The notes beneath the pieces were generated by a model. The model saw only the letters and a program-made list of their open reading frames with translations. It was not told the DNA's origin and did no database searches. From assembly GCF_963921235.1 (NCBI RefSeq), contig NC_086097.1:102054001-102118000 (forward strand): 64,000 bases of DNA, given 5' to 3'. The DNA is from Mobula hypostoma. Its lineage: Eukaryota. The translations under genes were made by a program, and so were the position numbers. Below are positions 26,235 through 39,149 of this stretch, in pieces (positions within the stretch are counted from its first letter, which is position 1; each line of letters opens with the position of its first letter).

Positions 26235-26417
26235 CAACGAGCCTGCACTGCCGATTACACCCACATAATGAATTACCCTACAGATCCATATTCTTCAACG
26301 AGCCTGCACTGCCAATTATACCTATATAATGAATTACCCTACTGATCCATATTCTTCAACGAGCCTGCACTGCCAATTATATCTATATAATGAATTACCT
26401 TACTGACCCATATTCTT
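26235..26417. repeat. 3 x 61-bp tandem repeat
   Basis: Units start at 26235, 26296 and 26357 (caacgagcctgcactgcc...tccatattctt). Confidence 0.92.
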
Positions 26418-29400
26418 TTTACATTATATGTCAATGATTTGGATTATGGAATTGATGGCTTTGTTGTTAAGTTTGCAGACAGTACAAAGATAGGTGGAGG
26501 AGCAGGTATTTTTGAGGAAATAGAGAGGCTACGGAAGGACGTAAACAAATCAGAAGAGTGGGCAAAGAAAAGGCATTTAGAATTCAGTGCTGGGAAGTGT
26601 ATGGTCATGTCTCGGGGTACTTGGAAGGCACATGATAAAATAAGCCATAGTCAGCAGGTTTCCTCGAGGGAAAATCTTGCCTGACAAATCTGTTGGAATT
26701 CTTTGAAATAATAAGCAGCATAGACAAGGGAGAATCGGATGATGTTGTGTACTTGGATTTTCAGAAGGTCTTTGACAAAGTGCCACGCATGAGGCTGCTT
26801 AACAAGCTACGAGCCCATGATGTAACAGGAAAGATTCTAGCATGGATAGAGCAGTGGCTGATTGGCAGGAGGCAAAGAATGGGAATATGACAGGTGGTGT
26901 TCCACAGGGGTCTATGTTGGGACTGATACTTTTTACATTATGTATCAGTGATTTGGATGATGGAATTGATGTCTTTGTTGCAAAGTTTACATATGATATG
27001 AAGATAGGTGGAGGGGCAGGTAGGTTTGAGGAAGTAGAGAGGCTACAGAAGGAGTTAGGCAGATTAGGAGAATGGGCAAAGAAATGGTAGATGGAATATT
27101 GTGTTGGGAAGTGTATGGTCATGCACATTGGTAGAAGAAATGAAAGGGTTGACTATTTTCTAAATGGACAGCCTCCCGGATGGCCATATCTGCACCCGGT
27201 GTGTCGAGCTGCAGCTCCTAAGGGACCGAGTTAGGGAACTGGAGATGCAGCTCGATGACCTGCGCCTGGTCAGGGAGGTGATAGAAAGGAGTTATAGGCA
27301 GGTGGTCACGCCAGGGCCAGGGGAGACAGACAAGTGGGTCACCTTTAGGAGGGGGAAGGGGAGGAGTCAGGTACTAAAGAGTACCCCTGTGGCTGTACCC
27401 CTTGGCAATAAGTACTCCTGTTTGAGTACTGTTCGGGGGGGGGGGGGAACAGCCTACCTGGGGGAAGCGACAATGGCCGTGCCTCTGGCACAGAGTCTGG
27501 CCCTGTGGTTCAGAAAGGTAGGGAAAGGAAGAGGATGGCAGTAGTGATAGAGGACTCTATAGTTAGGGGCTCAGACAGGCAATTCTGTGGTCGCAGGAAA
27601 GAAACTCGGACGGTAGTTTGCCTCCCAGGTGCCAGGGTCCGGGATGTTTCAGATCGAGATATCCTGCAGTGGGAGGGAGAACAGCCAGAGGTCTGGTACC
27701 AATGACATAGGTAGGAAAAGGGAAGAGGTCCTGAAAAAAAGAGTACAGGGAGTTAGGAAGAATGTTGAGAAGCAGGACCGCAAAGGTAGTAATCTCTGGA
27801 TTACTGCCTGTGCCACACAACAGTGAGAATAGGAATAGAATGAGGTGGAGGATAAATGCGTGACTGAGAGTTTGGAGCAGGGGGCAGGGGGCAGGGATTC
27901 AGATTTCTGGATCATTGGGACCTCTTTTGGGGCAGATGTGACCTGTACCAAAAGGACAGATTGCACTTGAATCCCAGGGGGACCAATATCCTGCCGGGGA
28001 GGTTTGCTAAGGCTACTGGGGAGAGTTTAAACTAAAATTGTTGGGGGGTGGGAACCGAACTGAAGAGACTGGGGAAGAGGAGGTTGGCTCACAAATAGAG
28101 CAAGCTTGCAGACAGTGCAAGAGGGAGGATAGGCAGGTGATAGAGAAGGGACGCGCTCAGACTGAAGGTTTGAGATGCATCTATTTTAACACAAGGAGTG
28201 TTGTGAACAAAGTGGATGAGCTTAGAGCGTGGATCAGTACTTGGAGCTATGATGTTGTGGCCATTAAAGACTTGGATGGCTCAGGGACAGGAATGGTTAC
28301 TTCGAGTGTCAGGTTTTAGATGTTTCAAAAAGGACAGGGAGGGAGGCAAAAGAGGTGGGGGCATGGCACTGTTGATCAGAGATAGTGTCACGGCTGCAGA
28401 AAAGGTGGACGCCATGGAGGGATTGTCTACTGAGTCTCTGTGGGGGAGGTTAGGAACAGGAGGGGGACAATAATTTGGTGTTTTTTATAGGCTGCCCAAT
28501 AGTAACAGGGATATTAAGGAGCAGATAGGGAAGCAGGTCCTAGAACGGTGTAATAATAACAGAGTTGTCGTGATGGGAGATTTTAATTTCCCAAATATCG
28601 ATTGGCATCTCCCTAGAGCAAGGGGTTTAGATGGGGTGGGGTTTGTTAGGTGTGTTCAGGAAGGTTTCTTGACACAATATGTAGATGAGCCTGCAAGAGG
28701 AGAGACTGTACTTGATTTGGTATTGGGAAATTAACCTGGTCAGGTGTCAGATCTCTCAGTGGGAGAGCATTTTGGAGATAGTGATCATATTTCTATCTCC
28801 TTTACTATAGCATTGGAGAGAGATAGGAACAGACAAGTTCGAAAAGCGTTTAATTGGAGTAAGGGAAATTATGAGGCTATCAGGCAGGAAATTGGAAGCT
28901 TAAATTGGAAACAGATGTTCTCAGGGAAATGTACGGAAGAAATATGGCAAGTGTTTAGGGGATATTTGTGTGGAGTTCTGCATAGGTGCGTTCCAATGAG
29001 ACAGGGAAGTTATGGTAGGGTACAGGAATTATGGTGTACAAAGGCTGTAATAAATCTAGTCAAGAAGAAAAGAAAAGCTTACAAAAAGTTCAGAGAGCTA
29101 GGTAATGTTAGAGATCTAGAAGATTATAAGACTAATAGGAAGGAACTTAAGGAGAAAATTAGGAGAACCAGAAGGGGCCATGAGAAGGCCTTGACAGGCA
29201 GGATTAAGGAAAATCCCAAGGCATTCTGCAAGTATCTGAACAGCAAGAGGATAAGACATGAAAGAATAGGACCTATCAAGTGTAACAGTGGGGAAGTATG
29301 TATGGAACCTGAGGAAATAGCAGAGGTACTTAATGAATACTTTACTTCAGTATTCACTATGGAAAAGGATCTTGGTGATTGTAGTGATGACTTGCAGCAG

Positions 29401-31777
29401 ACTGAAAAGCTTGAGCATGTAGATATTAAGAAAGAGGATGTGCTGGAGCTTTCGGAAAGCATCAAGTTGGATAAGTTGCTGGGACCGGATGAGATGTAAC
29501 CCAGGCTACTGTGGGAGGGGAGGGAGGAGATTGCTGAGCCTCTGACGATTATCTTTGCATCATCAGTGAGGATGGGAGAGGTTCCGGAGGATTGGAGGGT
29601 TGCGGTTGTTGTCCCTTTATTCAAGAAAGGGAGTAGAGATAGCCCAGGAAATTATAGACCAGTGAGTGTTATTTCAGTGGTTGGTAAGTTGATGGAGAAG
29701 ATCCTGAGAGGCAGGATTTATGAACATTTCAAGAGGTATAATATGATTAGGAATAGTCAGCATGGCTTTGTCAAGGGCAGGTCATGCCTTACGAGCCTGA
29801 TAGAATTTTTTGAGAATGTGACTAAACACATTGATGAAGGAAGAGCAGTAGATGTAGTGTATATGGATTTCAGCAAGGCATTTGATAAGGTACCCCATGC
29901 AAGGCTTATTGAGAAAGTAAGGAGGCATGGGATCGAAGGGGACATTGCTTTGTGGATCCAGAACTGGCTTGCCCACAGAAGGCAAAGAGTGGCTGTAGAC
30001 GGGTCATATTCTGCATGGAGGTCAGTCACCAGTGGAGTGCCTCAGGGATCTGTTCTGGGGCCCTTACTCTTTGTGATTTTTATAAATGACCTGGATGAGG
30101 AAGTGGAGGGATGGGTTAGTATGTTTGCTGATGACACAAAGGTTGGAGGTGTTGTAGATAGTATGGAGGGCTGTCAGAGGTTACAGTGGGACATTGATAG
30201 GATGCAAAACTGGGCTGAGAAGAGGCAGATGGAGTTCAACCCAGATAAGTGTGAAGTGGTTCATTTTGGTAGGTCAAATATGATGGCAGAATATAGTATT
30301 AATGGTAAGACTCTTGGCAGTGTGGAGGATCAGAGGGATCTTGGGTCCGTGTCCATAGGACACTCAAAGCTGCTGCGCGGGTTGACTCTGTGGTTAAGAA
30401 GGCGTACGGTGTATTGGCCTTCTTCAATCGTGGAATTAAATTTAGGAGCCGAAAGGTAATGTTGCAGCTATATAGGACCCTGGTCAGACCCCACTTGGAG
30501 TACTGTGCTCAGTTCTGGTTGCCTCATTACAGGAAGGATGTGGAAGCTATAGAAAGGGTGCAGAGGAGATTTACAAGGATGTTGCCGAGATTGGGGAGCA
30601 TGCGTTATGAGAATAGGTTGAGTGAACTCGGACTTTACTCCTTGGAGCGACGGAGGATGAGAGATGACCTGATAGAGGTGTATAAGATGATGAGAGGCAT
30701 TGATCGTGTGGATAGTCAGAGGCTTTTTCCCAGAGCTGAAATGGTTGCCACAAGAGGACACAGGTTTAAGGTGCTGGGGAGTCAGTACAGAGGAGATGTC
30801 AGGGGTAAAGAGAGTGGTGAGTGCGTGGAATTGGCTGCCGGCAACAGTGGTGGAGGCGGATACGATAGGGTCTTTTAAGAGACTTTTGGATAGGTACATG
30901 AAGCTTAGAAACATAGAGGGCTATGGGTAAGCCTAGTAATTTCTAAGGTAGGGACATGTTCAGCACAACTTTGTGGCCCAAAGGGCCTGTGTTGTGCTGT
31001 AGGTTTTCTGTGTTTCTATGGACAGAAAATATTTAAAAATCTGAGGCACAAAGGGATTTGCAAGTCCTTGTGTGGGATTCCCTAAAGGTTAATTTGCAGG
31101 TTGAGTCTGGTGAGGAAGGCAAATGCGATGTTAGCACTCATTTCAGGACGACTAGAATATAAAAGCAAGGTTGTAATGTTGAGACTTTATAAATCACTGG
31201 TGAAACCTTACTTGGAGTACTGTGAGCAGTTTTGAGCCCCTTATCTCAGAAAGGAAGTGCAGAAACTGGAGAGGGTTCAGAGGAGGTTCATGAAAATGAT
31301 TCCAGGATTAAACGGCTTGTCATATGAAGAACGTTTGATGGCTCTGGGCCTCTATTGAATAGAATTTAGAAGAATGAAGGGGGACCTAATTGAAGCCTAT
31401 CAAATGTTGAAAGGCCTTGTTAGAGTGGATATGGAGAGGATGCTTCCTATAGTGGGACTGTCTAAAACTGGAGGATATAGCCTCAGAATAATGGGGGGGG
31501 GGGTGTCCTTTTATAATGAAGATGAGGAATTTCTTTAGCCAGGGAGTATTGAATCTGTGGAATTCATTGCCACAGGCAGCTGTGAAGGCCAAGTCTTTAG
31601 GTATATTTAAGGCAGAGTTTGATAGATTCTTGATTGGTCAGGGCATAAAGGAATATGAGGGGGAAAGGCAGGAAATTGGGGCTGAGAGAAAAAAATGGAT
31701 CAGCCATGATTAAATGGCGGAGCAGACTCGATGGGCCAAATGGTCTAATTCTGCTCCTATGTCTTATGGTCTTATGA
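26418..31777 (+). mobile_element. Degenerate CR1 (26418-27171 and 31018-31777) split by a younger CR1
   Basis: RT motifs DFQKVFDKVP and GGVPQGSMLG. ttttctaaatggacag continues as atggacagaaaatattt at 31018. Confidence 0.85.
27172..31017 (+). mobile_element. Near-full-length CR1 (most of ORF1 plus ORF2), mutated
   Basis: ORF1 esterase pieces (27164..27544, 27505..27705) and ORF2 EN/RT pieces (28038..28319, 28744..29499, 29566..30459, 30390..30878). TSD ATGGACAG at 27164-27171 and 31018-31025. Confidence 0.93.
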
Positions 31778-31778
31778 T

Positions 31779-31870
31779 CATGTATATCTTTGGAATGTGG
31801 GAGGAAACGAGCACCCAGAGTAAACCCACGGGGAGAACATGGAAAGTCTTTACAGACAGTAGTGGGAAAC
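31779..31870 (-). mobile_element. V-SINE (HE1-like) fragment
   Basis: tctttggaatgtgggaggaaacgagcacccagagtaaacccacg is the reverse complement of a V-domain-like core. Confidence 0.7.
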
Positions 31871-32029
31871 TGTCTACAAATACTAATGAAACATAAGAAA
31901 TGCTGCCTGACCTGCTGAGCTCCTCCAGCATTTTGTGTATATTATAAATACTAATGCAGATTGCAGGTCTCTGAATTCCCTCAGTATCCTGCAGTGTTGG
32001 AAACTGGGGTAAAATCTGTCTTTGGTTGT

Positions 32030-33362
32030 TATTAGAATCAGGTGTATTATCACCAGCATGTGACGTGAAATTTGTTAACTTAGCAGCAACAGTTCAATGC
32101 AATACATAATTTAGCAGAGAGAGAGAAAAAAATAATAAATAAAACATAATAAATAAACAAGTAAATCAATTACGTATATTGAATAGATTTTTTAAAATGT
32201 ACAAAAACAAATACTGTATATTTTTAAAAAAGTGAGGTAATGTCCAAATCTTCAATGTCCATTTAGGATTCGGATGGCAGAGGAGAAGAAGCTGTTCCTG
32301 AATTGCTGAGTGTGTGCCTTCAGGCTTCTGTACCTCCTGCCTGATGGTAACAGTGAGAAAAGGGCATGCCCTGGGTGCTGGAGGTCCTTAATAATGGACT
32401 CTGCCTTTCTGAGACACCGCTCCCTAAAGATGTCCTGGGTACTTTGTAGGCTAGTGCCCAAGATGGAGCTGACTAGATTTACAACCTTCTGCAGCTTCTT
32501 TCGGGCCTGTGCAGTAGCCCCTCCATCCCAGACGGTGATGCAGCCAGTCAGAATTCTCTCCATGGTACAACTATAGAAGTTTTTGAGTGTATTTGTTGAC
32601 ATGCCAAATCACTTCAAACTCCTAATAAAGTATAACCACTGTCTTGCCTTCTTTATGACTACATTGATATGTTGGGACCAGGTCAGATCCTCAGAGATCT
32701 TGACACCCAGGAACTTGAAGCTGCTCACTCTCTCCACTTCTGATCCCTCTATGAGGATTGGTATGTGTTCCTTCATCTTACCCTTCCTGAAGTCCGCAAT
32801 CAGCTCTTTTGTCTTATTGACATTGAGAGTCAGGTTGTTGCTGCGGCACCACTCCACTAGTTGGCATATCTCACTCCTGTACGCCCTCTCGTCACCACCT
32901 GAAATTCTACCAACAATGGTTGTATCGTCAGCAAGTTTGTAGATGGTATTTGAGCTATGCCTAGCCACATAGTCATGTGTATACAGAGAGTAGAGCAGTG
33001 GGCTAAGCACACACCCCTGAGGTGAGCCAGTGTTGATCGTCAGTGAGGAGGATATGTTATCACCAATCCACAACTGTGGTCTTCCAGTTAGGAAGTCGAG
33101 GATCCAATTTACAAGGGAGGTACAGAGGCCCAGGTTCTGCAACTTCTCGATCAGAATTGTGGGAATGATGGTATTAAATGCTGAGCTATAGTTGATGAAC
33201 AGTATCCTGACAGGTGTTTGTGTTGTAGGTGGTTTAAAGCCATGTGGAGAGCCATTGAGATTGCGTCTGCTGTTGACCTATTGCGGCGATAGGCAGATTG
33301 CAATGGGTTCAGGTCCTTGCTGAGGCAGGAGTTCAGTCTAGTCATAACCAACCTCTCAAAGC
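32030..33362 (-). mobile_element. Rex1/Babar LINE 3' part (RT to tail)
   Basis: ORFs 32252..32602, 32609..33142 ([26 protein letters not shown]) and 33151..33372. Confidence 0.9.
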
Positions 33363-35199
33363 ATAAATGCATGTAAGATTATCTGTTTTTGGTGTATCTG
33401 TCTCTGGGCATTCCATTCTTGTGAATCAGTGGAATGAAGTGTGCTGAGACGGGTCCACCAGTCACAATTGTGGAGACCATAGCTGAATTTTTACCCTATA
33501 ATGTGTTTTTTAAAGCTCCAAGGAAATGTTACATTCATACTGGCTTTCTCAGCCCAATTTTAAGCTTGATTAAGCCACTTTGATGTGACTCCATCCTTAA
33601 TCTTCCTTAACCTTTTTTAAAAAAAGGAGCTATTAAGTTAAAAATATTTGAATATAATTATCTAGAAAATAGATTATGATTACAATTTTCTTTCTTGGTC
33701 CTCTGTGTATCTGAAGCATTGGAGCAGGGACAGATATGTACAGTGAGATACAATCCATATGCAACATTATTTCCTGGAAATTCAAGGGTACATATGCAGC
33801 CTGTGCCATCCATAAGCAACTCCTGTAAGAGCAGGCATTCTCAGCCCCTGCAGCACTTGCTTTTTATGTGACCTAAGGGTGATTTCTCAAAGAGTTTACC
33901 AAGAGCTTCTATGAACCCAGTTCAGGTTTGTAGCTTTTGAGTGATTTATTTGCTTGACTTTCCCAAGGCAGCACTTCCACTGAGCTCCCAGCACTTATCC
34001 AGGCCCCATCCACCCACTAATTGTGATTAAATTACTTATCTGGCAAACAAGAGTTCTGGACCATTGTTCCATTTCCACTATGAATGCTGGGAAATTTAAA
34101 TTAAACAAGTATATCTTGAATAAAAATAATAAATTTCTTTCAGTAACAATAACCACGAAGCTAATGGTTTTGCTGTAAAGATCCATCTGAGTTCCAATCT
34201 GCAATTTAAGTTTAGTAAATAATCTAGAATTTAAACAAATCTAGTCATTAGTAATGATACATAATTTCCACCACTATCCCTGGCTATATATAGCAATATT
34301 GTACAGCTGGTCTAATTAGTTTGTTAGGAGATTGCTTACTGCCTCTTGTATAGTCTTTGTATGCTGTTATCACACTGTACTGTATTACAGATTCACAAGT
34401 TTAGCCCTCCATTTTTATGTTGGCTCAGTGCTACTGACATGTTCAATTCCAGTCACAACTCTTGGTCAAATAAAGTGTGCACAAAACAACATCCAAGCAT
34501 GGACCGGAAAAGTGACAAGTAATATTTATGTCAAAGAAATGTAGGCAAGAAGGAATCTAGTCTCTGACCCTTGACAGTTAATAGCATTACTATTGCAGTG
34601 TTTTCACTATCAATGATCTGGGGCTCAGTACTGATGAGAAACTCAGTCCAAGTTTCTAGCACCAAGAAACCAAGGATTTAGGTGCAAGGGAACACCATCA
34701 CATGCAGGTCTTCTCCAAGTCACATGCCATCAAGGCTTTGAAATATATTAGTGTTCCTTCCTTGTAACATTATCCAAATCCTGGGTCCTCCCTATCTATC
34801 TGGATTACTGGAACCAGTATGACTACAATGTTTACAAAGGTGGCTCACTACCATCTTCTCAAGGACAATTAGAGATGGAAATAGACTCTGGAATTGCTAT
34901 AGACATGCAGATCCTGAAAATTAATCTATATTGCTAGGGTAAAGAGGTTTACTGATTATATAATGCCTTGGTGAACATGCACCTGGAGTATTGTGTACAG
35001 TTTTAGTTTATCTTTAAAAAAAAAACAATATATTTGCCATGCAGGAGTGCAGTGGAGATTCACTGGATAAGTTCCAGGGATATCAGGTTTGTTATGAGTT
35101 GAGATGAAGTGGATCTCTGAGGCAGCTCATCACTACCTTCCTGAGCAAAATTCCTGGGGATTCTCTTGGCTGAGGAGTACTAAACTAAGGCTCGGCTTG

Positions 35200-35740
35200 T
35201 TAGAATAAAGGGCTGAGTTGAAACCAGCTGAGAGGGAAGATAGATGGGTGGGGTTGAAGTGAGAAGTTGGGAGGTGGTAGGTAGGAAATGTAAATGGCTG
35301 AAGAAGATGAATTCTGACAGGACAGGGGAGTGGACCATGAGAGAAAGAGGAGGAGGAGGGGCATCAGGGTAAGGTGAAGGTCAGGCAAGGAGAAGAGCAG
35401 GGATAAGAGAGGAGCCACAATGGGGAATGGAAAAAGGAGGGGAAGGGGGTGTGAAATTACCAGAAGTTAGAGAAATCAATATTCATGCTGTCAGGTTGGA
35501 GGCTACCCAGACGGATTGCAAGGTGTTGCTCCTCTAACCTGAGAGTAGCCTCATCGTGGCAGTAGAGGTGACCATAGATTGACATGTCAGGATAGGAATA
35601 GGCAGTGGAATTAAAATGGTTGGCTGGAAAATCCTGTTTGTGTGGGGGCAGCAAAGGTGCTTGACAAAACGGTATCCTAACATGGCTCTTTATTCCTCTC
35701 CAGAGATGCTGCCTGACTCCTGAATTCCTCCAGAATTTTG
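35200..35740 (-). mobile_element. Penelope-like element 3' fragment (GIY-YIG C-terminus) plus an inverted tail piece
   Basis: ORF 35457..35654 reads ANHFNS...RLEEQHLAIRLGSLQPDSMNIDFSNF, followed by a polypyrimidine 3' UTR. Confidence 0.82.
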
Positions 35741-36996
35741 CCCATCAAGACTGCTCTGCCATTTCATCTTGGCTGATCCATTTCCCTCTCAGCCCAAATC
35801 TCCTGCCTTCTCCCCATAACCCTTCATGTCCTGACTAATCAAAAATCTGTCAACCTCTACCTTAAATATACCCAATGACTGGCCTCCACAATGGCCTGTG
35901 GCAACAAATACAAATTCTATAGATTCACCACTCGCTGGCTAAAGAAATTCCTCTTCATCTCCGTTCTAAATGGATGTCCCTCTATTCTGAGGCTGTGCTC
36001 CACAATAGACTATATACAAACTTAGCATTTGTAATATCACAGTAATCACTGCAAATCTTGTGGCATTCTGCATATATAAAGCAGCTATTTAAATGCTTGC
36101 ATTTAAGAAAATGACAGGTTTATGCTCCAGGCGTATTTTTGGCATTTATGTTTGTAGAGCATAAAATTCTCTCACTATCAGTAACATGAGAAGTGTTAAA
36201 TCTCCCTTTTTTGTTCCACTTTCTGCCCAGTGTACAAGGCCAGTTGGCCCCTTGAGACTTCTTTGCCACTTCTCTGACTTTAACTTTGGCTATGCATTCC
36301 TATGTTAGCATTTCAACCCCTTCTCACCCTCCCCCCACCTTCCCACCCACCAACCTTGTCTGACAAGACTCTGTCTACATCTACTTTAAAAGGGTCAAAC
36401 ATTCCTCTTGCAATGAGCTTTGAGGAAAGGGTCCAAAGATTCTTGACCTGCTGAGAGGAAAATATGCACATCATTTGCCTTAAATTCTTAGGCTCTCCTA
36501 AAAGGGGGATGCTTGCTCTTGTAGGTTCTCCCACAAGAGGAAGCATTCCCTGTGTCAGAGCTCCTCAGGATTTTGTATGCAATGTGCAGGAGAGCATAAT
36601 AACCATTAGGCAACTATTTACCCCCTCTGACTTGGACTGCCTTACCTCTTTGAAGAAATATTAATTCCGGTGAGGGTGCAGGTAATGAATTTTTATTTAT
36701 TCATAGGATAGCAATTAGTTACCAATTTCCTTATCAAACTCTCCTCTCCCTCAGCACTGCCCACTCCCTAACCTTGCCACTCCTCTCTATCCCTACCTAC
36801 CCCATCTTTCTTCCCCTTACCCACCTCCTTGCCCTCTTATTCCCCCAGTCAATCCCCTCTACTTGCCCCCAATCTTGCACAGTCACCCACTTCCGACACC
36901 CCCATTGTCAGCTACCCCCCGCCACTCCCTCTCTCACCATCCACCTCAACCCTCTACCTGCACTCAGTTTCTCATAATTGTCTTTGTTGCCTTTAG

Positions 36997-37137
36997 CTGA
37001 GTTTAGCAAGCTAGCCGATCTTCCTAACCTGGTTGACCTTGTATTTGTGGGGAACCCATTAGAAGAGAAGTATTCGTCTGAAGGCACCTGGGTGGATGAA
37101 GCAACAAGGAGACTCACCCGGCTGAAAAAACTGGATG
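36997..37137 (+). CDS. DNAL1: DNAL1 internal coding exon, 141 nt ([47 protein letters not shown])
   Basis: Lies within ORF 36978..37169. ctttAG acceptor, GTatgt donor at 37138. Matches the DNAL1 segment [11 protein letters not shown]...LKKLDG. Phase 1 in, phase 1 out. Confidence 0.97.
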
Positions 37138-38289
37138 GTATGTCAATTAGGCCAATACGTACTTCATAATGGGCATAGAAGGAGGCTGTACTGCCTATTG
37201 AAAATATATGTTAGCTAATGATCCCAAAATGTCTATTAACTATCCTACCCTGATCCTCCCTTTAGTCAGCTGTATGGGGCTGGAATTGCCAGTGGCCTTA
37301 GGATGTGGGGAAAGTATGGGCCTTTACAGTTGAACGCATTGCAACCAATGGTGCAGTTAGGGGCTTGTACGTAAGTGACGCATTGGGAAAAAGCAGCAAT
37401 CTTGGAGATGGGGCTGAAGGAGGGTACTGAAAAAGGAGGAATGAGTTTGTGGATCTAATTTAAAACTAAGATTTTATATCTGAAGATATTGGGATCTGTG
37501 GGTGAAGGGGTTGGATACAAAATTCAATGCAAGCAGTAAATCTTTAGCTTAGTTTATGACAGATATAAAGTAGAAGCCTAGCAGGTTGCAAGTTACAGTG
37601 GTGAGCAAGACCAATCTTAAAACAATACATCTTTAAAACTGCCACACAGTGGTTGAATCAGGTTTATTGATATTCCTTTCTGGCAAGTAAGGGTCACACT
37701 GACTGATTGTTTGCAAAGATGATGAAGGTAGATCTTAGTAATCACCCGGAGGATTTCAGTATGTAGTGTACTATGCATCGTTCATGTGAGATGTAACTCA
37801 TATCTGCTTCACCTGTTGTACAACCTGAAGGCTTCTCAATTCAACAGATGGATAGTGTGATGTCCTTGGACAAAGAGGGAAGGAGGGATCCACTGCCTAA
37901 TCAATTCCTCATGGTGCTCAGGCATTGAAGGCTCTGGCAAGTTCCTCATGGTGCTCTGGCAAGAAATTCTGAAGATACTGGAAATCTGAAGCAACACACA
38001 CAGCAGGTCAGGCAGCACCACTGGAGAGGATTAAACAGTGGATATTTCATGCCCCAACCCTTCATTGGATGAAACATCAACTGCTTACAAAGAGAAAATG
38101 AAGCATGAGGATCCAGTACAGAAAGTCATACAAGGCTGCTGTGAGGTGACCCTGACCTATACAGGAAATCCACACTCAGTGGCCTCTTAATTAGGCACAT
38201 CTGCACACCTGCTTGTTATTGCAAATATCAGCCAATCATGTTGCCATCACCTTAATGCAGAAAATCATGCAGACAGAGTCAAGAGGTTT

Positions 38290-38735
38290 GAGTAGCCTCC
38301 AACTTGATGGCATAAACATCAATTTCTCGAACTTCTGGTAATTGCCCCCCACCCCTTCACCATTCCCCATTCCTGTTTCCCTCTCTCACCTTATCTCCTT
38401 ACCAGCCCATCATCTCCCTCTGGTGCTCCTCCCCCTTCCCTTTCTTACATGATCGTCTACCCTCTCCTATCTGAATCCCCCTTTTCTGCCACTTTATCTT
38501 TTTCACCTATCAATTTCCCAGCTCTTTACTTCACCCCTCGCCCTCTCCCATTTTCACCTATCACCTACTAACTTGTACTTCTACCTCCCCTCCCCTCCAC
38601 CTTCTTGCTCTAACTTCTCATCTTTTTTCTTAAGTCCTGATGAACGGTCTCTGCCTGAAACGTTGACTGTTAACTCTTTTCCATAGATGCTGCCTGGCCT
38701 GCTGAGTTCCTCCAGCATTTTGTTTATGTTGCTTA
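38290..38735 (+). mobile_element. Penelope-like 3' fragment inside Tc1
   Basis: agcctccaacttgatggcataaacatcaatttctcgaacttctggtaa (SLQLDGININFSNFW*), a polypyrimidine tract, and the HHR-containing tail. Confidence 0.85.
38633..38668 (+). ncRNA. Minimal type I hammerhead ribozyme motif (decayed)
   Basis: AGTC-CTGATGA-acggtctctgcct-GAAAC-GTT-GACT. Helix I AGTC/GACT is intact; helix II is imperfect. Confidence 0.65.
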
Positions 38736-39149
38736 TAAAGATTTAGTTGTCATTCAGACCAAACATCAGAATGTAGAAGAAATGTGATCTAAGTGACTTT
38801 GACCATGGAATAAATGTTGGTGCCAGATGGGGTGATTTGAGTATCTTAAACTGCTCATCTGGAATTTTCACACAGTGAATTTTCTCTAGAGTGTACAGAG
38901 AATGGAGCGAAAAACAAAAAGCATCAAGTGAGCAGCAGTTCTGTGGGCAAAAACACCTGTTAATGAGGGAGGTCAGAGGAGAATGGCCTGACTGGTTCAA
39001 GTTGACAGGAAAGTGACAGTAACTCCAATAACAATTTACAACCGTCATGTGCAAAAGAGCATCTCTTCTTCTGGAGAGTGAAGTTCCAGTAAGTGCCTGG
39101 CTGGATGGAGTTCCGAGCTGTGTTCTCAGATCCTATATAGATCAGCTAC

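Larger units (their letters stand above)
38173..39066 (+). mobile_element. Tc1-family DNA transposon 5' part, interrupted by a Penelope fragment
   Basis: TIR-like start cactcagtggcc. From about 38771 it encodes a degenerate KKCDLSDFDHG..VGAR..SRVYREW..QFCGQK..GQRRMA (Tc1 paired-like DNA-binding N-terminus). Confidence 0.8.

Noticed and set aside
26235..26417. CRISPR-like appearance of regularly spaced repeats
   Set aside because: Contiguous 61-bp units without unique spacers, in a vertebrate intron; SINE-derived.
36735..36965. C-rich tract and ORF 36774..36977 upstream of a DNAL1 exon
   Set aside because: Low-complexity pyrimidine-rich intron sequence with no coding evidence.
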